64,000 nt of DNA from Candidatus Altimarinota bacterium (GTDB lineage: Bacteria > Patescibacteriota > Gracilibacteria > BD1-5 > UBA6164). The position numbers and the translations under genes were made by a program. This document shows, piece after piece, positions 41,908 through 53,869 of this stretch (position 1 is the stretch's first letter; the number at the start of each line of letters is the position of its first letter). The stretch covers positions 2-64,001 of the forward strand of contig JAMIGJ010000044.1 in assembly GCA_035905775.1 (NCBI GenBank), read 5' to 3'. Below the pieces are notes generated by a model. That model saw nothing but the letters and a program-made list of their open reading frames with translations, ran no database searches and had not been told where the DNA came from.

Positions 41908-43461
41908 ATGCTACACTCAAAGGGAATTATTTTTAAATATGTGCTATTTATGTCAGGAGAAAAACAAGTTTTTGTCTCAGTCGAAGGAGGACTTGATGGA
42001 GTACGAAGGAGAAATTTGCATCTTACCGTGGGACTTTTGAGCTTTTCGACGATGATGTTTCACTTTACGAGTGTTTTTTTCTTTACCTTACAGCTTGAAT
42101 CCTTAGCTCTAGTGGGGATATTTCTCGGGCTTGGAAATCTCTTTGCGTTTCTCTTTGATGTACCAATCGGGATACTACAATACTATCTCAAATCGAAGAC
42201 TCTCTATCTCCTTGGAGTTGCAGCTCAGGTTGTTGCGATTTTGATATTTGGAAATTTTATTTTTGAGGCAACAGATTTCATCTCGCAAAATCTCGCAGAA
42301 AATGCCGGGCCACTCGATGGACTCTTGAGATTTTTCCTAGGAAATGTCTTGAATCTCATTTTGATGCTCGTTGCTGCGATGTGTTATGGATTTAGTAAGG
42401 AAGTCAATGATATTACCAATATCTCCTATGTTCTCAATAATGCCACTCCCGATCAGTACAAATCTATTTTTGCGACCAATAATATTGCTTTTGGGATTGG
42501 TTCATTTCTTGGGCTTTTGATATCAGGATTTATTCTCAGTTCTTCTCCAAAATTTATCATACTTCATATCCTTCTGATTATCATCATCATATTTTTTGTG
42601 ATGAATTACTATTTTGATAATGCAAAAACCACCCTTGATCTCAAAGAAGTACAAAAATTTCAAGTCTACTTAAAAAAATCATCCCTCAGTAAAGCTCGTG
42701 AAAATGTCACGCAAGTCGTAAAAAGTATCGATATGAAACAAACCTTGAGTCAAACAAAATACCTCTTTTTACGTCCGATGGTCCGTAATCCCAATATGAT
42801 TAGCGTTTCGCAGATGCAACAAAAAACCATTGAAAGCTTTCATGAGATTTATGCAACTTTAGCCTTTGCACGAGGAAAATACCTGATCGTGTACTGGTCT
42901 TTTGTGATGCTTCTCACCTTTGGGTTTTGGGATACCTTTGCTTCGACCTTTCTCATAGATTTTCTCAATCAGGTAAAGTCAGGATGGAGCTTTATTTTAC
43001 TTGGACTTATCGCAGTCCCTGCTTTCGGATTACAGGGATTATTTTGAAAACTTGCAGATAAAATTGGGGTCTTTAAAATCGCAAGTTTTGGACTGTTGCT
43101 TTCTGGAGGATCGCTTCTTTGTATGGGATTTTTTACGGGAGATCCTATAAATCCATATATCGTGATGGGGCTTGCGCTCATCAACTCTGTAGGATATGCG
43201 ATCTGTATGGGGCTTTCTGCTGCGACTTTTCTCGAAAGTTATAATGCCTCTTATGCAGAGCTCAAGGGGCTCAAGCAAATAGATGCCAATGCCTCTGCGG
43301 CTCCAATGAAGATACTGCAAAATCTTGCGAATGTAGTAGGGCTTTTCCTTGGATGACTCCTCGTTTCATTTGCGGGATATGGAGGATTTTTCATCCTTTT
43401 TGGACTCATGATACTCGTATTTTTGGGATGGTCACTTATAAATAAACACAATATACAATAA
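41908..43461 (+). CDS. MFS-type transporter
   Basis: About 12 hydrophobic segments. Three fragments lie in one frame joined by TGA. Start is uncertain (41908 or 41950). Confidence 0.7.
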
Positions 43462-43534
43462 TTTTTATTGCTTCTCATTTGTAAAAAATATATTTTTCAC
43501 TACCATAGGGGAAATATATTTTTTTATTGCATGT

Positions 43535-45238
43535 ATGCGCTACAATATACGGGTTGCAGGAGCTGCAGGTCTGGGGATGAACTCAACGGCAGACATCATC
43601 GTGGAAGTCTTTGCGGAGCTCGGGTATCTTGTCAATACCGATATCGAGTATCAATCTCTGATTAAAGGATGAGTCAATTATTTTGACATCTTTGTATCAG
43701 ATCGATCAAAATATATTTCAAAATATGTGGATGTGCTTATCGCGCTTGATAGTCTCAATCTCGCTGCGTGGCTCAAGGATCTCAAGTCTGGAGCTTGTAT
43801 CATCACGAATCAAAAAAATATCGAAAAGCTTGAGGCAAAAGGGCAAGATTTTTCTGCATATAATCTCCTGCCAGTTGCCAGTGACGATAAGTATGATAAT
43901 ACCTATCTTATCAGTATTTTTTCCAAACTTTTCGGACTTCCTGCGCATCTGCTTGAGGAGAAAATAGCAAAAATATTTGCAAAAAAATGACCAGATGTCG
44001 TCGCTCAAAATATTGCTCTGTTTCAAAATATTTTACAAAGTTATGATATCCCAGCTCATATCAGCTTTCCAAAGTTTGACTCCATTGGTCCAGCTCGTCC
44101 TGTCAGCTATGGAAATAAGATGCTCGCACAAGGGGCAATCGATAATGGACTTGAATATTACTCTGCTTATCCGATGACTCCAGCATCAACGGTACTTTCT
44201 GAAGTGATTAAATCTAAAAAAGTTCCATACTTGCAGGCAGAGGATGAAATCTCAGTTGCGATGAGCGCACTTGGTGCGAGCTTTGCAGGGAAGAGGTCTA
44301 TGGTTGGGACATCGGGAGGAGGTTTTGCACTCATGGTCGAGTCTATCTCGTTTGCCATACAGGCAGAGTTGGGGCTTTCGATGATACTCGCTCAGCGAGC
44401 AGGTCCAAGTACGGGAACTCCTACCTTTCATGAACAGGGAGATCTCAATCTCGCTCTGAATCCAAGTTTTGGGGATTTTGATCATATCGTGATTGCTCCA
44501 AGTACGCTCGAAGATGCCTATTATCTCTCAGGATATTCTCTCAATCTTACTCAAAAATATCAAACCATCGTCATCGTCCTCATCGATAAACAGTTCTCAG
44601 ACGGAAAGGCAACCCTCGAAGAAGAACTCAAAACTGCAGGAATCAACCGTGGAAAGCTCGAAATGACTCCAGCAAGTGACTTTAAACGATATGCGCTCAC
44701 AGACGACGGAATTTCTCCATACTCTATCCCAGGAACTCCAAACGGAGACTTTATCGCAACGAGTTATGAGCACGATGAGTTTGGGGCAACAACAGAAGAT
44801 ACAGACATGAAAATGAAGATGACCGAAAAGCGCTGGAAAAAACTCGAAAATTTTTATGAAAAAGAAGGGATATGTGGGTATGAGGTGTTTCACTCAGAGA
44901 CCGGTCTCGTATGAGACCGGTCTCAAGCAGGACTTAGCCCAAAAAAAATGCTTCTCACAACGAGTTACACGAGTTATACCGCAAAAGAATTTATCAAAAA
45001 TAATCCTGAGTTTGGACTCATCATCGTAAAATTTCTCAAGCCACTTGATACAAGACTTCGAAACGAACTCGTAGGAAAGTCAGAAATCATCTTTGTAGAA
45101 AGCAACTACTCAGGACAACTCGAAAACTATATCACCAAAGAACTTGGACTGGCCTATATCGACGGACTCAAAATCTCAAGACTGCGAAAATATGACCTCT
45201 ATCCATTTTACTATGAGGATTTTGAAACGCTAAAATAG
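43535..45238 (+). CDS. korA: 2-oxoacid:ferredoxin oxidoreductase, fused gamma-alpha subunit
   Basis: N-terminal gamma-like domain IRVAGAAGLGMNS, then an alpha domain YSAYPMTPAS, GTSGGGFALM. 567 aa, 3 TGA, TAG stop. Confidence 0.85.
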
Positions 45239-45452
45239 TTATATGTATTGAAAAAGAAGAATAATTAAATGAATTCCAGCAATATTATCCTTAATATTTT
45301 TTGGATGTATTTTTATTTTTATATTGATATATTCATATATATATTTAGATATTATTACATCAGTAATTTTAACTCCATTTGTTTTATTTACTTTGATGTC
45401 ATTTTATAATTGAATTAAAGAAGAAATTACCAAATTAAACAATAAATAACCT

Positions 45453-46061
45453 ATGCGTAGCTGACTGACAAACATACAATGGTGTCCAGGATGTGGAGAT
45501 TTCCTCATCATCATGGCCCTCAAAAATGCCTTTAAAGAGCTTGAAATCGCGTCTCATAATCGCGTGGTCGTTTCTGGAGTTGGATGCTCTGGAAAAGCAA
45601 GCCAATACGTGGACTGATATGCAGCTGAAACGCTTCATGGACGTGCGGTGCCATTTGCGACGGGAGTGAAGCTCGCAAATCCTGAACTCACGGTCGTGAT
45701 TATGGGAGGAGACGGAGACGGATATGGGATTGGGATGGGGCACTTTATCCATGCATGTCGTAGAAATATCAATATGCTCTATATCGTGTTTGATAACGAA
45801 AATTACGCACTTACCACAGGACAGGCAAGTCCAACCACTCCACTCGGGGCTCAAACCAAAACCACTCCAGATGGAAATACCGTTGCTCCAATAGATCCAC
45901 TCAAGCTCGCAGCAGATGCTGGATGTACTTTTGCTAAACTCGGGCACTCCAAAGATTTCAAAGCACTCAAAGAGCTTATTAAGGAAGCGATACAACATCC
46001 AGGATTTGCACTTATCAATGTGATTCAGGATTGTCCAAGTTTTAAGAGATGGGGAGAGTAA
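45453..46061 (+). CDS. korB: 2-oxoacid:ferredoxin oxidoreductase beta (TPP-binding) subunit, short
   Basis: Motifs WCPGCGDF, GVGCSGK, HGRAVPFATG, GGDGDGYGIG and YALTTGQASPTT. 202 aa. Confidence 0.85.
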
Positions 46062-46077
46062 CATGATATATTACGAC

Positions 46078-46106
46078 AAAAGCCGTTCCTATAGGAACGG
46101 CTTTTT
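46078..46106 (+). terminator. Rho-independent terminator
   Basis: Stem AAAGCCGTTCC/GGAACGGCTTT with loop TATA, then T's. Confidence 0.7.
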
Positions 46107-46276
46107 GCTGTTGTGGGAGAACCAATATGGAAGCCTTTCTTCTTCATCTGATTCCCCCTGTTTTGAAAAATTTCCCGCGGCGCCAGATTATTTCACTGCG
46201 ACGAGTTTCATTTTCTCCTCCCTTCTTGTTAGAAGTAAAGTGAATATAATTATTTTTTAAATTTAGTCAAATATTT

Positions 46277-48055
46277 TTACTCTACATACAAAATATCCTT
46301 CCAATCCGCTCGGTAGAGTCCTTCTCCGAGCCTTTTTTGATCGATGGCATGTCCGATAAACCCGATACTTCTGGCAAGCAAGAAGAGCCCATTAAAAATC
46401 CCTGCCTCGATGTAGAGCTTTTTTTCATCGTAGTCCATGCTGATATCCTCGAAGATATCCAAAAGCATCGCAGCAATGTATCCGTCGACATTGAGGATGA
46501 GATTTGGCTTTTTTTCGAGGGTGAGTTCTGCTACCTGTCTGGCAAAATCAAGATGTTGGTGAGTTGGAAAATCTTGTGCGAGTGTTTCGAGGATTTCACA
46601 ACGAGAATCAGGGTTGAACTTGGATTTTACCTTGTGCCCGATTCCTGCGATATTTTCTCCAGCATCTTTCATACTCGCAACAAAGTCTTCAGCTGAAATA
46701 CCCGTTTTCAATGCCTCAAGCCAGTTTTTTGCAGCTCCGTCTATCGCTCCTCCAAAGCGTGGTCCGATAGCCGTGAGTCCTGCGATGAGCGAGGATTTGA
46801 GATCATTTCCCGCACGAGAAGTGATGATGGTGTTGATGGCTCCAGAAACCGCAGGTCCATGGTCAGCAACGAGCACTAAAACCGTGTTGAGAAATTTTTT
46901 CGCATAGTCTGGAAGAGATTTTTTAAGCCAGAGTTGTCCGATGATTTCTGCGATATCAGGATGTTGCGTAAACTCAGATATTTTTTTCCCATTGTATAGG
47001 AGTTCCTCACCTCGTTCGTCCGAAATAGACGAAGTAAAAGAAGTTTTTCTGCGATGCTTGATGTGAGCGAGTTTCTCGGAGAGAGTATCTGTTTGAGAAG
47101 AGTCTCTTTTGAGACCAGTCTTTTGAAATACTTCCTCAATCTTCTCTCCAAAATCCATATAGCTTTCTGGAACGATGGCTCCTGCATTTCTGAGAGCCAT
47201 ATTTTTATAACTGGCAGTTTCTTCGTCTTTGTTGGACTTTGCTCCTGCATGTCCAAATTGTACTTCTCCCTTGATATGTTCGTTAATCGTTCCGATACAC
47301 CATGCAACGACGGGTTTAGTAATTTCTCATGTCTCTATCATCCGTGCTACCTCGAGTTCGTCGCGTCCTCCGATTTCCCCGAGCATCACGATCATTTTGA
47401 TGTGTTCATCTGCCTGCATGATGTTCATCGCAGCAGGGAAATCCATGATATTATACTTATCTCCCCCAAGAGCGATAGAAAGCGCAGTTCCATTCGTTCG
47501 GTCTGCGATCACACGACGCAGTTCATTACTCATCCCTCATGATTTTGAGACAAATCCGACATTTCCCGGCTCATAGAGTCGTGAATCAACGATATTTTCG
47601 AGGCTTCCACCTGTGTTTCCAGCACGAAATACTCCCGCACTCATCGCTCCAACCGTTGCTGGTCCGATGATATTGAGTCCAAGTTCCTTATTTTTTTCGA
47701 TGATTTCAAGCGTGTGTCTCTCAGGAATTCCCTCAGCAATGATGATAATATTTTTGAAATATCCAGTATCCATCGCTTGCAACGTCGATTTTTGAGCAGA
47801 GCGAAAGCTTGCAAAATTTACTAGAGTATCGAGTTTTTCGGAAATACTTGTTGGTATATTTTCAAAATCTGAAAAACTAGGAACGAGAATTTCCTTGTCT
47901 CCATAAAAGAGCTTTTGCAGGGCATATTTTTTTCCAGGATTCACAAAACAAAGCACTGATGCTTCTCGACCAGAGAGAAAATCAAAATCGAGCATGTGTT
48001 GAGCTGCTCCCGTTTGGAGACCATAGATGCAGGCAAAAGAATTTTTGGTAAACAT
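46277..48055 (-). CDS. aclA: ATP-citrate lyase alpha subunit (CoA-binding, CoA-ligase and citrate-synthase-like domains)
   Basis: Three fragments lie in one frame. Phosphohistidine loop VQFGHAGA, and C-terminal LVLVADHGPAVSGA...GPRFGGA...GIGHKV. 592 aa. Confidence 0.8.
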
Positions 48056-48057
48056 AA

Positions 48058-49266
48058 TTAGAGTTTTATTTCATTCAAAATATCAGTCATATAGTGGTCA
48101 CTTCCGGTGATATGTGCTGGAATATCGAGCCTTTCACAAGCAGTTTTTAGGAGTTCAAGTCATTTTTTTTCGTTGATTCCTCCTCGTCGTACGAGGATTT
48201 CTATCTTTTGTGCTCGGATTTCTTCTTGGAGTTCTTCGAGGATATCGATGACTCCCTGAAAGGTCGTTGCTATATCGGTAAAGTTTGCAATCGCTCCTGC
48301 GATAATGAGGTATTTTTTTTGAGTCTGAGGTTTTGCTTTCAGCACCTCTTTCACTAACACTCGCACATATTCTCTGGTAAATTCTCGAGTCGGATTTCCA
48401 GACAGTTCTCCATAATTTCCTATTTCATGAGCATATCCAAGAGCTCCGAGTGAGTCCGTCATCACGAGTGACCCTCCTCCTCCGGCAAAAAGTGTCCAAA
48501 TACTCGCATTTGGATTTAAAATCTTGAGCTTCAGGGAAGCTCCCGTTTGCATATCAAGTTCTCGGATATATCGCTCGGCAGCTGACTCCTGAAATCCAAA
48601 ATTATTCGGAAACTCTATGAGAGCCCAGTGCTCTTTTTGAAGAAAATGTTCGCAGTCATCGATCTTTGCTACCGCGTCAAGCAGATGAAAATTTCCAAAA
48701 GTATCTTCAGAAATAGGATTAAACTCGAGACTGGTAAATCCATGCGTGCGATAAAAATCAAAGAGGGAAGAGATGAGTTCTTGAAGCTTCTTCTCTCCTT
48801 GTAGAAGAGAATTGAGAGAGGTTTCCTCCAACTCATCATTTACTTTTACGACTATACTTTTCGTAGTTTCCCAGTTTTCTTCGATATCGACTCCTCCTGC
48901 AGGAGAAAAAGTGACGATATCTCCATCTCGACTTTGCGTAAAACTCAGATAGTATTCTTGCTTTATTGGGAGCATTTCTTCTGCGAGAAATACATCGAGT
49001 GTTCCAAGTACTCCATCGATATTGACTTCTTTTTTGTACCAGTCTGTAAGCCATTCTTTTGCTTCGCTTCTCGCGAGGTTGATTCCGACCATTCCGCGTT
49101 TTCCGCGTTTTCCAAAGAGCATATCAGGTTTTAAAACATATTTTTTTTCTGTATCAAGTTTTTCTATATCTGAAATATCTCGAATTTGGATTCCAGAATA
49201 AAAAGTTCCAGCATATCGTGCAAACATCTGTTTTACATCATATTCTCGCAGTGAAATCTGAGCCAT
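48058..49266 (-). CDS. aclB: ATP-citrate lyase beta subunit (ATP-grasp and citrate-binding)
   Basis: MAQISLREYDVKQM..., KPDMLFGKRGK, LEFNP, and IAGAIANFTDIA. Its stop is 2 nt before the aclA start. 402 aa. Confidence 0.8.
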
Positions 49267-49493
49267 AAAGTAGGGAAAAAAATTTTTAATGCTGAGATTA
49301 TACAAAATTTTTGTATTTTTGAAAACATAATTTATACTAGAAAGTAATATTTTTTGAAAAAAAATTATGGTACAGTCATCGTTCAGTATGCTTCTGCAAC
49401 TGGTTATTTTAGGAATTTTTCTTTTTATTGTCCTTTTTGTATTTTTGAAAAAATAAAGTATAATTTTCACATATATTTTATAATTCTGTTTTT

Positions 49494-50891
49494 ATGGATC
49501 TTACCTCTTATGCATCTCTTCCGGAACTTTCATTTCTCTTTCTTTTGGCTTTTGTACTATGAGCTTTTGTAGGGATACAAAAAGATATCCTTGGAAATGA
49601 GAAAACAGGAGCATTTCGTAATAAAAATACCAGTAATGATTTTGCAGGAATTCGTTCTTTTGGACTCATTGCGATTCTTTGAGCCCTCATGCAATTTTCA
49701 GACCAACTTTTAGGAAGTTATTTAGTACTCACAATTATTGGTCTTATTATCATAGCAATATTTGTCTATGTAGATTATGTATTTCATGTATTTCGAAAAG
49801 AGCAGCAATCTCCAGCCTCAGAAATTGCGGTGATACTCGTGTATCTTTTATGAGTTCTCATATTTCTGAATCAAAAGGAGATGGCAATTATCTTTGCTAT
49901 TTTTATCTCGCTTATAATCTCAGCAAAAGATACACTCCATAATCTCATGCAAAAGATATCTCGTGATGAGCTCAATACCACACTGAAATTTGCAGCAATT
50001 GCTTTTGTGATTCTTCCACTTCTTCCAGATGTAAAATATTCTTTTTCAACGCTTTTTCAGTCACTGGGGTTCACAGAAGCTGCTCAAATCCAGCTTCCTA
50101 TTTGGACGATGGAGTTTTTTAATCCTTACTCTACATGGTTTTTCGTAGTAGTGATGTCTGGGATTTCCTATATTGGATATTTTATGACACGAATCTTTGG
50201 AGATAAATCAGGGATTATCGCATCATGTGTGATGGGAGGGATGATATCTTCCACGGCAGTAACAGCGTCTATGTCAGAAGAAAGTAAAAAACATCCTCAT
50301 AACTCTTCTCTCTATACCACAGGTGCTTTGCTGGCTTCTGGAGTGATGTTTCTGAGAGTGATCGCGATTATTGCCTTTACCTACAGTGCACTTTTAGCTG
50401 CAGTATTTATCCCTGCTCTTGCTATGTTTGTCGTTTTTATTGGCTTAACCGGATATTTTTATCTCACTTCAAAAAAACAGGCTTCGCAAGAAGTACATAT
50501 CGAGGAAAAAGTACAAAGTCCATTTCAAATTGCTCCTGCGCTCAAATTTGCAGCCTTTATTCTGATGATTAAGTTTATTGCGGCTCTCGGGATTGCCTAC
50601 AAAGATCTCATTCCACAGGAGATATTTTACTACGGTCTTGCCATCATCTCAGGACTTGCAGATGTAGATGCGATTACTCAGACGATGTCTGCGAATGCAA
50701 AATCTGGAGAGCTTGCAGCTCTCATTGCAGGGACGACTATCCTGATTGCCGTGATGTCCAATAATCTCGTCAAAGGATCTCTCGCGTTTCGTTTTGGAGA
50801 AAAAATGTTTGGACGAAAAGTTCTTCTTACCTTTATTGTTTCGATGATCGCAGGGATTATTGCTTTAGTGTTTCCTGTATTTTTCTCCTAG
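49494..50891 (+). CDS. MgtC/DUF4010-family membrane protein
   Basis: ATG 49494 is joined to the track ORF through 3 TGA. Polytopic, with the LADVDAITQT motif. Confidence 0.7.
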
Positions 50892-50908
50892 TATTTTTAA
50901 ATTTTTTA

Positions 50909-51790
50909 ATGATGAAGATTTTCAGCTTTATAGCCTTATTTTTCCTTGTTTTTCTTGTTTCTTGTCAAAAAAAAGAATCACAAGAAATGAGTATTTCAAC
51001 TCCTCAAGAAACCCCTATCACTCAAACAGCAGCTCTTATGGAAACTCCACTTCATACCACACTTGCAACAGATCCTTATACACTCACAGGATCAAGCTAT
51101 CAATTTAGCATCAATGATGAATCCATCAGGATCACTCCCATTGCACACGCTACCCTGATACTTGAGTGGGCAGATCAGGTACTCTATATCGATCCAGCAG
51201 AAGCACTGGAGTCATATACGAATTTCCCAAAACCTACTGCCATACTTGTGACGCATGAGCATGGAGATCATCTCAATCCTGAAGTACTCGAAGCACTCAT
51301 GCAAGAGGAGGTTGCACTTATCGTGAACCCTGGAGTTTTTGAAAAAATATCACCTGAACTCCAAAAAAAAGCCCAAGTGATGAAAAATGGTGATATTCTT
51401 GATGTACTTGGATTTACAATCGAAGCTGTACCTGCCTATAATGTCCGTGAAGAAGCACAAAACTATCATCCAAAAGGTAGGGATAATGGATATGTGATAC
51501 AAAAAAATGATACTAGAATCTATATTTCAGGGGATAGTGAAGATACTCCAGAAATGAGAGCTTTGAGTGATATTGATTTAGCCTTTATATCGATGAATCT
51601 CCCATATACGATGCCGGTTGAATCAGCGATTTCATGAGTCCTTGCATTTGCTCCTAAGTTTGTATTTCCGTATCATTACAGAGGCCAAGACGAGAATACA
51701 GATATAAACCTCTTTAAATCAGAAGTAGAAGGACAAAATCTCGATATTGAAGTTATACTTCATGATTGGTATAAAAATGCAACAGAGTAA
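50909..51790 (+). CDS. MBL-fold metallo-hydrolase lipoprotein
   Basis: Lipobox LVSC, THEHGDH, and a SGDSEDT region. One TGA read-through to TAA at 51788-51790. Confidence 0.75.
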
Positions 51791-52346
51791 TCGCATTCGC
51801 TGTGGCTGGGTGAATCCCACAAATGAACTCTATGTTCACTATCATGACGAAGAGTGGGGAATCCCAGTACATGATGACAGAGTGCTGTTTGAGTTTTTGA
51901 TTCTCGAAGGAGCGCAAGCAGGACTTTCATGGGAAACGATTTTAAAACGACGCGAAGGCTACAAAAACGCTTTCTGTGACTTTGATGTCAAAAAATGCTC
52001 AGAACTCAGTGACGAAGCACTCAAAACTATTTTGAAAGATGAACGCATTATTCGCAACCGACTCAAAGTATTTTCCGTACGCAAAAATGCTCTTGTATTT
52101 CTTCAGATTCAGAGCGAATTCGGGAGTTTCTCGAATTATCTCTGGAACTTTGTCGGAGGAAAAGTAGTAAAAAATCATCCAAAAACTCTTTCTGAGGTTC
52201 CAGCAAAAACTGAACTTTCAGACCGTATCTCAAAAGACCTCAAAAAACGAGGCATGAGCTTCGTCGGTTCGACCATCATCTATGCCTATCTGCAAGCTGT
52301 CGGAGTCGTGGATGATCATATCGAGGGATGCTTTTGTAAAAACTAA
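51777..52346 (+). CDS. tag: DNA-3-methyladenine glycosylase I
   Basis: Motifs RCGW, YHDEEWG, EGAQAGLSW and the C-terminal His/Cys zinc site DDHIEGC. Overlaps the previous gene by 14 nt. Confidence 0.9.
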   Translation: MQQSNRIRCGWVNPTNELYVHYHDEEWGIPVHDDRVLFEFLILEGAQAGLSWETILKRREGYKNAFCDFDVKKCSELSDEALKTILKDERIIRNRLKVFSVRKNALVFLQIQSEFGSFSNYLWNFVGGKVVKNHPKTLSEVPAKTELSDRISKDLKKRGMSFVGSTIIYAYLQAVGVVDDHIEGCFCKN

Positions 52347-52350
52347 TTTT

Positions 52351-52396
52351 CTCGCACTTTTCCAAAAAATACATACAATCTTTGTATGTATTTTTT
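52351..52396 (+). terminator. TP cassette copy 1 (terminator hairpin with embedded promoter-like hexamers)
   Basis: CTCGCA, 17 nt, TACAAT, inside AAAAAATACATAC-AATCTTT-GTATGTATTTTTT. Begins 5 nt after the tag stop. Confidence 0.65.
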
Positions 52397-52407
52397 AGTT
52401 TTCCCCC

Positions 52408-53169
52408 ATGCTCTCCAAAGAAAAAATCAAGCAGATTCGTAAACTCCACGATAAAAAATGACGTACTGAGTCAGGACTTTTTTTGGTCGAAGGACGAAAG
52501 ATGATTCTCGAACTTTTCGCAAGTGATTGGAAAGAACACATCGAAGAACTCTATGTAAGTGAAAAACTGTTTGAAGAGATTGCAGCATCTTTCCCTTTCC
52601 AAGCAAAAGAAATCAAGAGAGAGGTATGTATTTGAGATACAGAAACTATCTCCAAAATCTCGACTCTGGAAAATAATAGCGATGGAGTTGCAATAGTGAG
52701 ACAACAATCTCCCGCAACAAGTACGGTATGACAATTCAGAGACTCGTGGACCCTCGTTCTCGATGGGATTCGCGACCCAGGAAATATGGGAACGATACTA
52801 CGAACCGCAAGTTGGTTTGGAATAGAGCATATCGTGTGTTCGCAGGACTCTGTAGAACTCTATAATCCCAAAGTCGTGAGTGCGACGATGGGAACTCTCT
52901 TTCACCTCAATATTTCCTCCCAAAATCTCGAGGATTTTTATAAAAATAATACCCTTCCCGTGTATGGAGCTGAGCTTGGATGAACTAATATTGGTGAAAT
53001 AGTATTTCCAAAATCAGGAGTTCTCGTCATGGGAAGCGAATCACATGGAATCTCAGAAATCTCACGAAAATATATGACGCAGGGAGTGTTGATTCCAAAA
53101 ATCGGATACGGTGAATCTCTCAATGTCGGGATTGCAACGGGGATTTTACTCTCGCATATTGTGAAATAA
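52408..53169 (+). CDS. SpoU/TrmH-family RNA 2'-O-methyltransferase
   Basis: Motifs LDGIRDPGNMGTILRTA, VMGSESHGI and ESLNVGIA. 5 in-frame TGA. Confidence 0.85.
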
Positions 53170-53498
53170 TGAAAGCACTTCCAGAACTTTTAGTATATTT
53201 TCTCTCAGATTGCCTAGAGGGAAATAGAAACTATACGACACGACGCATGTTTGGAGGCTATGGAGTCTATTTTCGTGGAAAGATATTTGCGATATATGCT
53301 TTTGAACGCATTTATTTTAAAGTGTGAGAACACAATAAAGCAGATTTTCTGGAAAAAAATGCACGTATTTTTAGCTACGAAAAGCAAGGAAAAATAGCAA
53401 ATATCTCCTACTATGAACTCCCAGAAGAGATTATGGAAGAGAGAGAAGAGTTAGAAAAGTGGATAGAGAAGGCTTTAAATAATTGACATAAATTATAG
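53169..53498 (+). CDS. TfoX N-terminal domain protein
   Basis: RRMFGGYGVYFRGKIFA...YFKV. Its start shares one nt with the upstream TAA. TAG stop. Confidence 0.65.
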
Positions 53499-53546
53499 AT
53501 ATGTATAATATATCTACCTTAAAATTTAGAATAACAAATATAACTT

Positions 53547-53804
53547 ATGAATAAACCAGTATCACAAGAAGATATATCTTGAGAATCACTTGATGAGATT
53601 TTAAAAGGAATTTCAAGTGAAATTTCGTCTGCTTCAGGGATTACACTGCATCGCATCCAAACACGACTTGCCTGATTATTACTAGGTACTAATGATAAAA
53701 ATGCTGAAAGAAAAATTCTTAATGTTACAGAATATTGTAATTCTAAAATTCGCAAATCGCTTTGAAGTTTCACTCCTAGTAGGAGCAAACTGAGAAGAAG
53801 ATAA
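53547..53804 (+). CDS. small hypothetical protein (85 aa)
   Basis: Code-25 ORF (3 TGA) running ATG to TAA, followed by a TP cassette. Confidence 0.4.
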
Positions 53805-53805
53805 T

Positions 53806-53847
53806 TTCACAAAATATAAAAAATACATACAATCTCGTATGTATTTT
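53806..53847 (+). terminator. TP cassette copy 2
   Basis: TTCACA, 16 nt, TACAAT, inside AAAAATACATAC-AATCTC-GTATGTATTTT. Confidence 0.6.
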
Positions 53848-53869
53848 ATTTTCCTCCAATCTAAAAAAA

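Noticed and set aside
45270-45410. 46-aa Tyr/Phe/Ile-rich ORF in the korA-korB spacer.
   Set aside because: The composition simply reflects the AT-rich sequence, and nothing else supports it as a gene.
45435-46064. 209-aa minus-strand ORF.
   Set aside because: It is antisense to korB, whose TPP-binding motifs are clear on the plus strand.
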